DNA of 29,132 nt. It comes from a virus. Taxonomy: Duplodnaviria > Caudoviricetes. The stretch covers positions 1 through 29,132 of the IMG/VR virus record IMGVR_UViG_3300031260_000134. The stretch is one strand, 5' to 3'. The notes under the pieces are model-generated. The model saw nothing but the letters and a program-made list of their open reading frames with translations, did no database searches and was not told the DNA's origin. Within the stretch, counting starts at the first letter, position 1; every line of letters begins with the position of its first letter. Below, piece after piece: positions 17,543-26,657 of this stretch. Position numbers and translations under genes: made by a program.

Positions 17543-19700
17543 AAAAAGGGTCAGCGTCCGCCTCGCGGCCGTGGGCGGGCGACAAGTACGCTCCGAGCTC
17601 GAAGGCGTGGGCGAGGCCGGCAAGCGGGGCTTCGGGCGGCTCAGTGCGGAGATGGAGGCCGCGAACCGTCGGTTGGCCGCCTTCACACGCCGGGTGCGCG
17701 TCGTCGCAGCTGCCGCCGTCGCCGCCGCCGGCGTAGCGGGCGTTGCCATGGTGCGCTCCGGCCTCCAGACCGTCGATGCACAGGCCAAGCTGGCAGCCTC
17801 GCTCGACACCACTGTCGAGAGCATTCAGGTGCTCGAGCGCGCGGGCGATCTCGCAGGCGTGTCGATGGGTGAAGTCCAGCAGGCGACTGTCCAGCTGACG
17901 CGACGGCTCAGCCAGGCGGCGGCCGGGACTGGCCCGGCCGTCAAGGCGCTCGATCAACTGCGGCTCTCGGCGGCGGAATTGCAGGCCTTGCCATTGGACC
18001 AGCGCATCGCGCTGATCCAGGACCGGCTGTCGGAATTCGTGCCGCAGGCCGAACGCGCGGCGGTGGCCTCGCAGATCTTCGGCGACCGCGCAGCCGTGAT
18101 GTTCACCCGCATCGATAGCGCCACATTGCGCCAGGCGACGGAGGATGTGCGCGATTTCGGGGTGGTGGTCTCGGATCAGGACGCCGCGCAGATCGAGCGC
18201 ACCAATGACGCCATCTCGCGGCTCGGGCTGATCTGGCGGGGCCTGTCGAACCAGCTGGCCGTCGCCGCCGCGCCCGCGTTGGAGGCTGTCGCCGACGCCA
18301 TGGCGGCGGTCGCCCGCACCACCGGGCCGCTCGGGCAGGCCATCCGTGGCCTTTTTGACAATCTCGGGCGTCTGACGACCTATGCCACCACCTTCGTCAC
18401 ATTCATGGCGGGGCGCTGGGTGGCCGGGCTGGTTGCGGCGGCGGTGTCCGTGCGCGGGCTGGCAACGGCGCTGGTATTCCTGCGCGGCGCCCTGATCCGA
18501 ACCGGCATCGGTGCACTCATCGTCGGTGCGGGCGAGCTGGTCTATCAGTTCGGGCGGCTGGTCTCCGGTGCCGGTGGCTTTGGCAATGCGCTCGAGCTGA
18601 TGGGCGATGTGGCCCGCGCGGTCTGGGACGGCATGGGTCGCTATCTGGGCTCTTTCACCGACGACTTTCGCGCCATGCGCGCCGATATCGAGCGCATCTG
18701 GACGCAGATGATTGCCTTCCTCGCCGGTAAATGGGCCGATTTCCTCGGCCAGATTGCCCCGACCTTCAATGCAGTGTCCGAGCGCATCGGATCGTCTCTA
18801 CAGATCGACGTGATCGGGGCGCAGTCCTACGCGTCGTTTCTCGAAAACGCCGCCAATAATGCGGGCATCATGGCCGACCGCTTTCGCGAGCGTGCCGAGG
18901 AGACCCGCGCCACGGCCTTCGACGGCCTGCGCGAGGCAGCGGCCGCGCTGGTGGCGGCGGTTCAGGGTTCGGGGGCGGAGACCGATGACGCGAGCGCCGC
19001 GGCGCAGCGCATGGCCGATGCGCTCGCAGAGGCCGAGACCACCGCAAAGCGCGCGGGTGCAGCCGGAGAAGGGGCAGGGAAGAAAACCAAAAAAGGCGCG
19101 AAGGAAGCGCTGACCGGATGGGAAGCGGTCACCAAAGCCGTCAGCGACTATGCGAAAGAGGCCCGCGAGATCGGCGCCGATCTCGGCCAGAGCCTCGTCG
19201 GTGCCTTCCAATCCGCGGAAACGGCCGTGGCCGATTTCGTGCGCAATGGAAAGCTCGAATTCAGCGATCTGGTGACCTCGATGATCGCCGATCTTGCGCA
19301 GCTCGCGGCGCGGCGTTTCATCCTCGCGCCGCTCACCAGTGCGGTCTCCGGCGCGCTTGGCGGCGCTGGCGGAATCTTTGCCGACATCCTGCATGCGGGC
19401 GGCACGGTGGGCATGCCCGGACCCTCACGCATGGTCCCGGCGATGGCCTTTGCCGCCGCGCCCCGGATGCATTCCGGCGGCATGGCCGGGCTTCGCCACG
19501 ACGAGGTTCCGGCGATCCTGCAGCGCGGCGAGCGGGTGCTCTCGCGGCGGGAAGCTGCCGGATACGGCGCGCGTGGCGATGGCGGGACGACTGTCAATGT
19601 CACCATCATGGCGCGCGACGCCGAGAGCTTCCGCCAATCAAGGACACAGGTCGCTGCGGATATTGCTCGAGCAGTTTCTCTTGGGCGGAGGGGGCTGTGA
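17535..19700 (+). CDS. Tail tape measure protein
   Basis: 721 aa, Ala-rich helical; C-terminal HSGG...DEVPAILQRGERVL. Confidence 0.92.
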   Translation: MAEKRVSVRLAAVGGRQVRSELEGVGEAGKRGFGRLSAEMEAANRRLAAFTRRVRVVAAAAVAAAGVAGVAMVRSGLQTVDAQAKLAASLDTTVESIQVLERAGDLAGVSMGEVQQATVQLTRRLSQAAAGTGPAVKALDQLRLSAAELQALPLDQRIALIQDRLSEFVPQAERAAVASQIFGDRAAVMFTRIDSATLRQATEDVRDFGVVVSDQDAAQIERTNDAISRLGLIWRGLSNQLAVAAAPALEAVADAMAAVARTTGPLGQAIRGLFDNLGRLTTYATTFVTFMAGRWVAGLVAAAVSVRGLATALVFLRGALIRTGIGALIVGAGELVYQFGRLVSGAGGFGNALELMGDVARAVWDGMGRYLGSFTDDFRAMRADIERIWTQMIAFLAGKWADFLGQIAPTFNAVSERIGSSLQIDVIGAQSYASFLENAANNAGIMADRFRERAEETRATAFDGLREAAAALVAAVQGSGAETDDASAAAQRMADALAEAETTAKRAGAAGEGAGKKTKKGAKEALTGWEAVTKAVSDYAKEAREIGADLGQSLVGAFQSAETAVADFVRNGKLEFSDLVTSMIADLAQLAARRFILAPLTSAVSGALGGAGGIFADILHAGGTVGMPGPSRMVPAMAFAAAPRMHSGGMAGLRHDEVPAILQRGERVLSRREAAGYGARGDGGTTVNVTIMARDAESFRQSRTQVAADIARAVSLGRRGL

Positions 19701-19729
19701 CCATGCCTTGCCTGATCATCAATGGATGG

Positions 19730-19858
19730 CGCGACGACGAGAGCTTCCGGCAGTCGCGGACGCAGGGTGAGGCCGAAGAGCGGAACGTCCAGTGGACGTT
19801 CCGCCGGCCGAACGCCGATATCGCGCGCGCGGTCAAACTTGGCAGGCGGGGCATGTGA
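19730..19858 (+). pseudogene. Duplicated 3' end of the tape measure gene containing the palindromic element (within a 51-aa ORF, 19703-19858)
   Basis: RDDESFRQSRTQ[GEAEERNVQWTFRRPN]ADIARAVKLGRRGM* versus RDAESFRQSRTQVAADIARAVSLGRRGL* at 19614-19700; 129 bp versus 87 bp. Confidence 0.85.
19767..19814 (+). repeat. 48-nt palindromic element, copy 3
   Basis: GTGAGGCCGAAGAGCGGAACGTCCAGTGGACGTTCCGCCGGCCGAACG; perfect 12-bp inverted repeat. Confidence 0.9.
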
Positions 19859-20484
19859 TGGCGTTTCACGAGGTCCGGTTTCCCGACAACATCGGCCGCG
19901 GCGCGCGGGGCGGACCCGAGCGGCGCACCCAGATCGTCGAGCTCGCCTCGGGTGCCGAAGAGCGGAACGCCAGCTGGGCCAACTCACGCCGCCGCTTTGA
20001 CGTCGCCTATGGCATCCGCCGCGCCGACGATCTCGCCGCTGTCGTCGCCTTCTTCGAGGCGCGGAACGGTCGCCTGCACGGTTTCCGCTTCAAGGACTGG
20101 GGCGACCACAAGTCCTGCCTGCCTTCGGGCACGCCATCGCCGACCGACCAGGCGATCGGCACCGGCGACGGCGCGACGACCGCCTTCCAGCTGGTGAAGC
20201 GCTACGCCTCGGGCGCGCAATCCTGGACGCGCGCCATCGCCAAGCCCGTCACGGGTAGCGTTCGCATCGCATTTGGTGGGGTCGAGCAGCCCTCCGGCTG
20301 GTCGGTTGACGCCACGACCGGTGTCGTCACCTTCAGCGCCCCGCCGGGTGCTGGCGTCGCGATCACCGCGGGCTTCGAGTTCGACGTGCCGGTCCGTTTC
20401 GACACCGACGCGCTCGACGTGACACTCGATCTCGAGCGGCTCGGTGCGATCACTTCGATTCCGCTGCTGGAGATCCGGCGATGA
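19858..20484 (+). CDS. Distal tail protein, DUF2460 (RcGTA g12-like)
   Basis: MAFHEVRFP, FFEARNGRLHGFRFKDW, AGFEFDVPVRFDTD. Confidence 0.92.
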   Translation: MAFHEVRFPDNIGRGARGGPERRTQIVELASGAEERNASWANSRRRFDVAYGIRRADDLAAVVAFFEARNGRLHGFRFKDWGDHKSCLPSGTPSPTDQAIGTGDGATTAFQLVKRYASGAQSWTRAIAKPVTGSVRIAFGGVEQPSGWSVDATTGVVTFSAPPGAGVAITAGFEFDVPVRFDTDALDVTLDLERLGAITSIPLLEIRR

Positions 20485-20534
20485 CGGTGATGTCAGCGTC
20501 ATTCGGATATCATCCATGCGAATGACGCGATCCG

Positions 20535-20729
20535 TTACCTAGCCCGGGGCGCGGGATGACAGATCGGTGTCACGTCGTGATTCTCTGACGCGCTCGCCCT
20601 TTTAAATTTCAATGCCTCCAGGAACGCCTCCGGGGTCATGACATCAAGGATCACCGGGTCCGGATCGGGATCGCTGCTGGCTGTGGATTCGCTGCTGTTT
20701 CCAGCCTTGTCAGTCGCATTGTGTGTCAT
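20535..20729 (-). CDS. Possible small antisense hypothetical protein or decayed accessory gene
   Basis: 64 codons in a 320-bp A/T-richer gap between tail tip genes; no recognisable motif. Confidence 0.3.
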   Translation of the reverse strand: MTHNATDKAGNSSESTASSDPDPDPVILDVMTPEAFLEALKFKRASASENHDVTPICHPAPRAR

Positions 20730-20804
20730 GAAAACGCCCCTCTGCGGCCAACCCACCCTCACCGGCACGATGGCTCACAGCACCAAACACATCAAGGATA
20801 TTCC

Positions 20805-21689
20805 ATGAAATCCTTCAACCCCGCGCTTCAGGCGCATCTCGCAGACTGCACGACGACGCTGGCGTGGTGCTGGCGCATTACCCGCGCCGATGGCACCGCT
20901 TTCGGCTTCACCGATCACGACCGGACGCTCTCCTTTGACGGCACCGAATTCGAGCCCGAGAGCGGGCTCACGGCCTCCGAGGTCCGCTCAAACTCGGACC
21001 TGTCGGTCGATGCGCAGGACGCAGAAGGCGTGCTGACCTCTGACCGCATCACCGAGACCGACATTCTCGACGGCCGCTGGGACAACGCCGAGGTCGAGCT
21101 GTGGCGGGTGAACTGGGCCGACACGAGCCAGCGCGTGTTGATGCACCGCGGGTCCATAGGCCAGATCCGGCGCGGGCGGCTGGCGTTTGTGGCCGAGGTC
21201 CGCTCGCTCGCTCATGTTCTGGGCCAGACGGTCGGGCGGACCTTCCAGGCGAGTTGCGACGCGGAGCTTGGCGATGCGCGCTGTACCGTCGATCTGGAGG
21301 ACCCGACCTACAAGGGCAGCGGCGCCGTGATCGACCTCTTGCGCGACCGGGCATTCACGGCCTCGGGCCTCGGTGGCCTCAAAGCCGGCTGGTTCACCTT
21401 CGGCACGCTGGACTGGACCAGCGGCGCGAACACGGGGCGGCGCGCGGAGGTGCTGAGCCATGATGTCACCGACGGCGTGGCGGTGCTGACGCTGCTCGAG
21501 GCGCCAGTGCGGCCCATCGCCGAAGGCGATGCCTTCACCATCCGCGCGGGCTGCGACAAGCGCATCGAGACCTGTGGCGCGAAGTTCGCCAACACCGTTA
21601 ATTTCCGCGGCTTCCCGCACATTCCGGGGCAGGACACCGTGCTGCGCTATGCGTCGCGCGATGGGAACCACGAAGGAGGCGTATTGTGA
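20805..21689 (+). CDS. Baseplate hub protein, DUF2163 (RcGTA g13-like)
   Basis: AAGGA RBS; GFTDHD, CDAELGDARC, GCDKRIETC, NFRGFPHIPG. Confidence 0.92.
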   Translation: MKSFNPALQAHLADCTTTLAWCWRITRADGTAFGFTDHDRTLSFDGTEFEPESGLTASEVRSNSDLSVDAQDAEGVLTSDRITETDILDGRWDNAEVELWRVNWADTSQRVLMHRGSIGQIRRGRLAFVAEVRSLAHVLGQTVGRTFQASCDAELGDARCTVDLEDPTYKGSGAVIDLLRDRAFTASGLGGLKAGWFTFGTLDWTSGANTGRRAEVLSHDVTDGVAVLTLLEAPVRPIAEGDAFTIRAGCDKRIETCGAKFANTVNFRGFPHIPGQDTVLRYASRDGNHEGGVL

Positions 21690-22123
21690 AACCCGCCGAT
21701 CCGGAGAGGATTATCGCCGCCGCCCGCGCCTGGCTCGGCACGCCGTATCATGACCAGGCCAGCCTGCGCGGGACGGGATGCGACTGCGTCGGGCTCGCGC
21801 GCGGCGTCTGGCGAGAGGTCGTCGGTCCAGAGCCATTCCCGTTTCCGCCCTACAGTCGCGACTGGGGCGAGACAGAATCGCGCGAGCTGGTGGCCGAGGT
21901 CGCGCGGCGCATGATGATTGAGGTTCCGGTTACCAATGCCTGCCCCGGCGCAATGATCGTCTTCCGCATGATGCCCCGCGCCATTGCCAAACATGTCGGG
22001 ATCCTGACCGCGCCCGGCAGCTTCATCCACGCCTATGAGCGCCTTGGCGTGATCGAGCAGCCGCTCACCCAAAACTGGCGGCGGCGCATCGCGTTCGCCT
22101 TCCTGTTTCCCGAGGGGGACTGA
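21686..22123 (+). CDS. NlpC/P60 tail peptidase (RcGTA g14-like)
   Basis: ARAWLGTPY, CDCVGL (Cys), KHVGI (His), FIHA. Confidence 0.92.
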   Translation: MKPADPERIIAAARAWLGTPYHDQASLRGTGCDCVGLARGVWREVVGPEPFPFPPYSRDWGETESRELVAEVARRMMIEVPVTNACPGAMIVFRMMPRAIAKHVGILTAPGSFIHAYERLGVIEQPLTQNWRRRIAFAFLFPEGD

Positions 22124-22126
22124 TCT

Positions 22127-25100
22127 GTGACAACGCTTGTCCTCGGCGCGGCCGGCACCGCCATTGGCGGCAGCATCGGCGGGACCATCCTTGGTGTGAG
22201 CGCCGCCACCATCGGCGGCGTCATCGGCTCATCCGTCGGGTCGGTGGTCGATAGCTGGATCGTCTCTTCGCTCGCGCCAGCGCAGCGGATCGAGGGGCCG
22301 CGGCTCGACACTCTGCGGATCACGTCCTCGACCGAGGGCGCGGTGATCCCGCGGCTCTACGGCCGGATGCGCATGGGTGGCAACATCATCTGGGCCACCG
22401 ATTTCCGCGAGGAGATCAGCACCACCACGCAGGGCGGCGGCAAGGGCGGCGGCGGCAAGGTCAAGACCACCGAGTATCTCTACTTTGCCTCCTTCGCCGT
22501 GGCGCTCTGCGAGGGCCCGATCACCGGGATCGGGCGCATCTGGGCCGACGGGAAGCCCATGGATCTCTCCGGCATCACCTGGCGCTGGTATCCGGGCGAC
22601 GAGACGCAGAGCCCCGATCCGTTCATTGCCGCGAAGACGGGAGCTTTGATTACACCCGCGTATCGCGGCACCGCCTATGTCGTGTTCGAGGAACTGCCGC
22701 TGGCCGATTTCGGCAACCGCATTCCGCAGCTCTCCTTCGAAGTGTTCGCACCCGTAGCCGATCCCGACACCGCCGAGGGTCTCACCCGCGCCGTGACCAT
22801 GATCCCGGCCTCGGGCGAGTTCGTCTATGCGACGGACGGCATCCGCAAGGGACGGAGAGGAAATCAGGGCCCGGAGAACCTCATCGCGCTCTCGGACACT
22901 GCCGACATGGTGGTGGCGCTCGACCGGTTGCAGGCCAGCGCGCCACATGTCGAGAGCGTCAGCCTCGTTGTCGCATGGTTCGGCGACGATCTGCGCGCGG
23001 GCGTGTGCAGCCTTCGCCCGGGGGTTGATACCTCCTTCAAGATCACGACCCCGCAGACATGGATCGTGAACGGCGTCACCCGCGCCGCTGCGCATCTCGT
23101 GAGCATGGATGACGAAGGCCGGCCAAATTTCGGAGGCACGCCGGCCGATTTTGGCGTGGTGCAGGCGATCCGGGAGTTGAAGGCCCGCGGGCTGCGCGTC
23201 ACGCTCTCACCGTTCATCCTGATGGATGTGCCGCCCGGCAACAGCCTGCCGAACCCCTATTCCGACAACGCCGCCGAGACGGGCCAGCCCGCCTTCCCCT
23301 GGCGGGGGCGGATCACCTGTTCGCCAGCTGCGGGCTTCGCCGGGACCGTGGACAAGACCGCGACGGCCGCCGCGCAGGTCGCGGCCTTCTTCGGCAGCGC
23401 GAGGCCGTCCGATTTCGCAATCATTGGCGAGAGAGTCATCTGGACCGGCCCCTCGGGCGACTGGGGCCTGCGCCGGATGGTGCTGCACTACGCGCATCTC
23501 TGCACAGCCGCCGGCGGGGTCGATGCCTTCCTGATCGGCTCCGAGATGCGCGGGCTGACCACGATCCGCTCGGGGGCCAGCACCTATCCGGCGGTGCAGG
23601 CCTATCGAGACCTGCTTGCGGATGTGCGGAGCATCCTCGGGTCCGAGACCAGGATCGGCTACGCCGCCGACTGGTCGGAATACTTCGGGCACCAGCCGCA
23701 GGACGGCAGCGGCGACGTGTTCTTCCACCTCGACCCGCTCTGGGCGGACACCAATACTGACTTCATCGGCATCGACAACTATATGCCGCTGTCGGACTGG
23801 CGTGATGGGTTCGAACACCTCGACGCGCTGGACGGCAGCCCCGCGATCTACGACCGCGCCTATCTTCAGTCGAACATCGCCGGCGGCGAGGGGTTTGAGT
23901 GGTTCTACGCGTCCGATGCCGATCGCGCTGCGCAAATCCGGACGCCGATCCTCGACACGGCATCGGTTTTTGCCGCGATCACGCCATCTCGCAGTTTTTC
24001 CGAGACCTCCGGTTCCACGATAACCGACGACGACTTCGGTGGCGCAGTGACCCGGCAATCAGATGCGGCGTTTTCCGCAAGGGTGCCGCTTCCGGCCAAC
24101 CCGACCGACGGCGTCCTGTTCGAGCGCGGTGGCTCTGGTACTGGCATGCTGCTCGGCCTGCGCGAGGGCGGTACCGTGTTCCGATACAGAGCCGGCAGGG
24201 GCTCCGTGACGGCTCCGGACAACGAGGCCGCTTTTCTGGATATCCCTATCGCGGACATGCCTTTCGATGGCGAGGAGCATGAGCTTGTCTGGGATGTCAC
24301 CATGGCAACGGGGACGATTCGGCTCTGGTGTGATGGCGTATTGCTCGGCTCGGCTGCAACGACCGACGGGGATCTCTTGAACTGGGCCGGCGCGGGCTCT
24401 GGCAGCTACGGCGCCAGTGGCCCGGGGGCCACCAACATCACCGGTGAGCCAACTACCGGTTGGCCCGTGCCCGTTCCGAACCCGCTTCTGATGTATGACC
24501 AGGCTATCACATTTGATCGCGGAAACACCGACTGGGTCTTCCGCCCCAAAGACCTGCGCGCCTGGTGGTCGAGCACTCACCACGACCGCCCGAACGGCAA
24601 TGCGCTGATGCAACCCACAGACTGGGCGCCGCAATCGAAGCCGATCTGGTTCACCGAACTGGGCTGCCCGGCTATCGACCGGGGCACCAACCAGCCAAAC
24701 GTCTTTTACGATCCGAAGTCGTCGGAAAGCTTCACGCCGCATTTCTCGCGGGGCTGGCGCGATGACGCCATCCAGCGCGCCTATCTGGAGGCGACGTATC
24801 TCTGGTGGGGCGAGGCTGCGAACAACCCGACCTCAATCGTCTACGGCGACCGCATGGTGCATGTGCCGGAATGTGCTGCCTGGACCTGGGATGCGCGGCC
24901 CTATCCGTTCTTCCCGGAGATGACCGACTTCTGGACGGACGGACCGAACTGGCGGCTCGGGCACTGGCTGACCGGACGGCTCGGGTCGGTGTCGCTGGCC
25001 GCACTCGTGCGGCACCTCTGCCTGCGCGCAGGGCTGCCAGAAGATCGCATCGATGTCACCGGCCTCTGGGGCGCGGTCGAGGGCTATGCCATCACCGCGC

Positions 25101-26647
25101 TGGAGAGCCCGCGCGCCTCGATCACCACGCTCGCGCGGCATTTCGGCTTCGACGCGGTGGAGACCGAGGGCGTCATTCGCTTTGTCATGCGCGGTCGGGC
25201 CTCCGTCGCCACCCTTGCGCCCGACGATCTGGTGGCGGCAGGCGAGGGCGACGTCATGGAGCTCACGCGCGGTCAGGAGACCGAACTGCCGCAGGCCCTG
25301 AAATGGCAGGTGGCGCGCGCCGACGAGGATTACGATGCCGCACAGGTCGAGGCGCGGCGCATCACTGTCGATACGACGCGCATCGCGTCCGAGTCCTTCC
25401 CCATGGCGGTGCCGCCCGAGGAAGCCGAGCGCCGCTGCCGCCGCGCGCTGATGGAAGCTTGGGTGGGTCGCGAGACGGCGGCGTTCCGTCTGCCGCCCTC
25501 GCGCCTCGCGCTCGATCCGGCCGACGCGATCAGGCTTGAGCATGACGGGCGGCTGCTCGATCTGCGGCTCGTCTCCATCGCCGACGCCGAGGCGCGCGGT
25601 ATCGAGGCTTTGCGCCAGGACCGGGCGACCTACGACCTGCCGCCCGGGCAGGCCCGACCTTCGTCGCTCTCGCGCGCCGTCGTGTTCGGCGCGGCGGATG
25701 CGGTGCTGATGGACCTGCCGCAGCTGACCGAGGACCAGGCCGCGCATCGGCCCCTCATTGCGGCGCACGCGGTTCCATGGCCGGGCGAGATCGCGGTGTT
25801 CCGCAGCCCGTCGACCGACGGGTTCGAACTTCTCACCATCTTTGGAACCCGCGCCAGGATGGGAACGCTCGTCTCGGATTTATTCGCGGGGCCGGTGTCG
25901 CGCTTCGATCTCGGCAATGCGCTTGTAATCGACCTGCTGACCGGCACGCTGGAAAGCGTCACCGATCTGACGCTGTTCGGCGGTGCCAACGCGCTTGCCA
26001 TCGAGAGCGCGCCCGGGGTCTGGGAGATCGTGCAGGCGGGCGCGGCCGAGCTGCTCGCGCCCGGCCGGTATCGGCTCACCCGGCTCCTGCGCGGTCAGCG
26101 CGGAACCGAGGGTGCCATGGCCAACCCGGCGCCCGCTGGCGCGCGGGTCGTCATGCTGGACACCGCGCTCGCATCGCTGCCGATTGCTGAGGCCGATCTC
26201 GGCATCCCGTGGAACTGGCGCATCGGTCCAGCCAGCCGCGCGGTCAGCGATGAGACCTATATCGCGCAGGCCTTCACGCCCGAGGGCATCGGGCTGCGTC
26301 CATTCTCCGTGGTCCATGTGGAGCAGCCGTGGCGCTCACCGCGCGCGCCCGGCGATCTGACGATCCGCTGGACGCGCCGGTCCCGGTCGCTCGCGGCCGA
26401 CAGCTGGGGCGGGCTGGAGGTGCCGCTCGGAGAAGAACTCGAAGCCTACGAGGTCGAGATCCTCGACGGCACCACCATGAAGCGGGTGCTGAGCACCGCC
26501 ACCACCAGCGCGGTCTACACCGCCGCCCAGCAGATCGCCGACTGGGGCGCGCCGCTCGGGTCCGGCGACACTCTCGACATCCGCATCTTCCAGCTCTCCG
26601 CCCTCGTGGGGCGGGGCGCACCGAAAACCGTCACGCTCACGTTCTGA
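22127..26647 (+). CDS. Megatron/host-specificity tail protein (RcGTA g15-like) with an extra internal domain
   Basis: 1506 aa; PAYRGTAYVVFE, TIM-barrel-like YAADWSEY, IDNYMPLSDWRDG, WFTELGCPA, LLRGQRGTE. Confidence 0.93.
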   Translation: MTTLVLGAAGTAIGGSIGGTILGVSAATIGGVIGSSVGSVVDSWIVSSLAPAQRIEGPRLDTLRITSSTEGAVIPRLYGRMRMGGNIIWATDFREEISTTTQGGGKGGGGKVKTTEYLYFASFAVALCEGPITGIGRIWADGKPMDLSGITWRWYPGDETQSPDPFIAAKTGALITPAYRGTAYVVFEELPLADFGNRIPQLSFEVFAPVADPDTAEGLTRAVTMIPASGEFVYATDGIRKGRRGNQGPENLIALSDTADMVVALDRLQASAPHVESVSLVVAWFGDDLRAGVCSLRPGVDTSFKITTPQTWIVNGVTRAAAHLVSMDDEGRPNFGGTPADFGVVQAIRELKARGLRVTLSPFILMDVPPGNSLPNPYSDNAAETGQPAFPWRGRITCSPAAGFAGTVDKTATAAAQVAAFFGSARPSDFAIIGERVIWTGPSGDWGLRRMVLHYAHLCTAAGGVDAFLIGSEMRGLTTIRSGASTYPAVQAYRDLLADVRSILGSETRIGYAADWSEYFGHQPQDGSGDVFFHLDPLWADTNTDFIGIDNYMPLSDWRDGFEHLDALDGSPAIYDRAYLQSNIAGGEGFEWFYASDADRAAQIRTPILDTASVFAAITPSRSFSETSGSTITDDDFGGAVTRQSDAAFSARVPLPANPTDGVLFERGGSGTGMLLGLREGGTVFRYRAGRGSVTAPDNEAAFLDIPIADMPFDGEEHELVWDVTMATGTIRLWCDGVLLGSAATTDGDLLNWAGAGSGSYGASGPGATNITGEPTTGWPVPVPNPLLMYDQAITFDRGNTDWVFRPKDLRAWWSSTHHDRPNGNALMQPTDWAPQSKPIWFTELGCPAIDRGTNQPNVFYDPKSSESFTPHFSRGWRDDAIQRAYLEATYLWWGEAANNPTSIVYGDRMVHVPECAAWTWDARPYPFFPEMTDFWTDGPNWRLGHWLTGRLGSVSLAALVRHLCLRAGLPEDRIDVTGLWGAVEGYAITALESPRASITTLARHFGFDAVETEGVIRFVMRGRASVATLAPDDLVAAGEGDVMELTRGQETELPQALKWQVARADEDYDAAQVEARRITVDTTRIASESFPMAVPPEEAERRCRRALMEAWVGRETAAFRLPPSRLALDPADAIRLEHDGRLLDLRLVSIADAEARGIEALRQDRATYDLPPGQARPSSLSRAVVFGAADAVLMDLPQLTEDQAAHRPLIAAHAVPWPGEIAVFRSPSTDGFELLTIFGTRARMGTLVSDLFAGPVSRFDLGNALVIDLLTGTLESVTDLTLFGGANALAIESAPGVWEIVQAGAAELLAPGRYRLTRLLRGQRGTEGAMANPAPAGARVVMLDTALASLPIAEADLGIPWNWRIGPASRAVSDETYIAQAFTPEGIGLRPFSVVHVEQPWRSPRAPGDLTIRWTRRSRSLAADSWGGLEVPLGEELEAYEVEILDGTTMKRVLSTATTSAVYTAAQQIADWGAPLGSGDTLDIRIFQLSALVGRGAPKTVTLTF

Positions 26648-26657
26648 AAGCCAACCC

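Noticed and set aside
19767-19814. 48-nt element as a hammerhead ribozyme (TGAG-stem-CGAA resembles the core)
   Set aside because: CUGANGA and GAAA cores are incomplete and no stems I/III are shared among copies
806-19814. Palindromic elements as CRISPR repeats or intrinsic terminators
   Set aside because: Dispersed, no spacers or cas genes, no U tracts, both orientations, located within reading frames
15717-19858. Duplicated gene ends as diversity-generating retroelement TR/VR pairs
   Set aside because: Differences are mainly synonymous and not adenine-specific; no reverse transcriptase in the window
15790-19858. Region between element copies 2 and 3 as an invertible segment or transposon
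   Set aside because: Copies differ substantially in sequence, the enclosed genes are in normal order and orientation, and no recombinase is present
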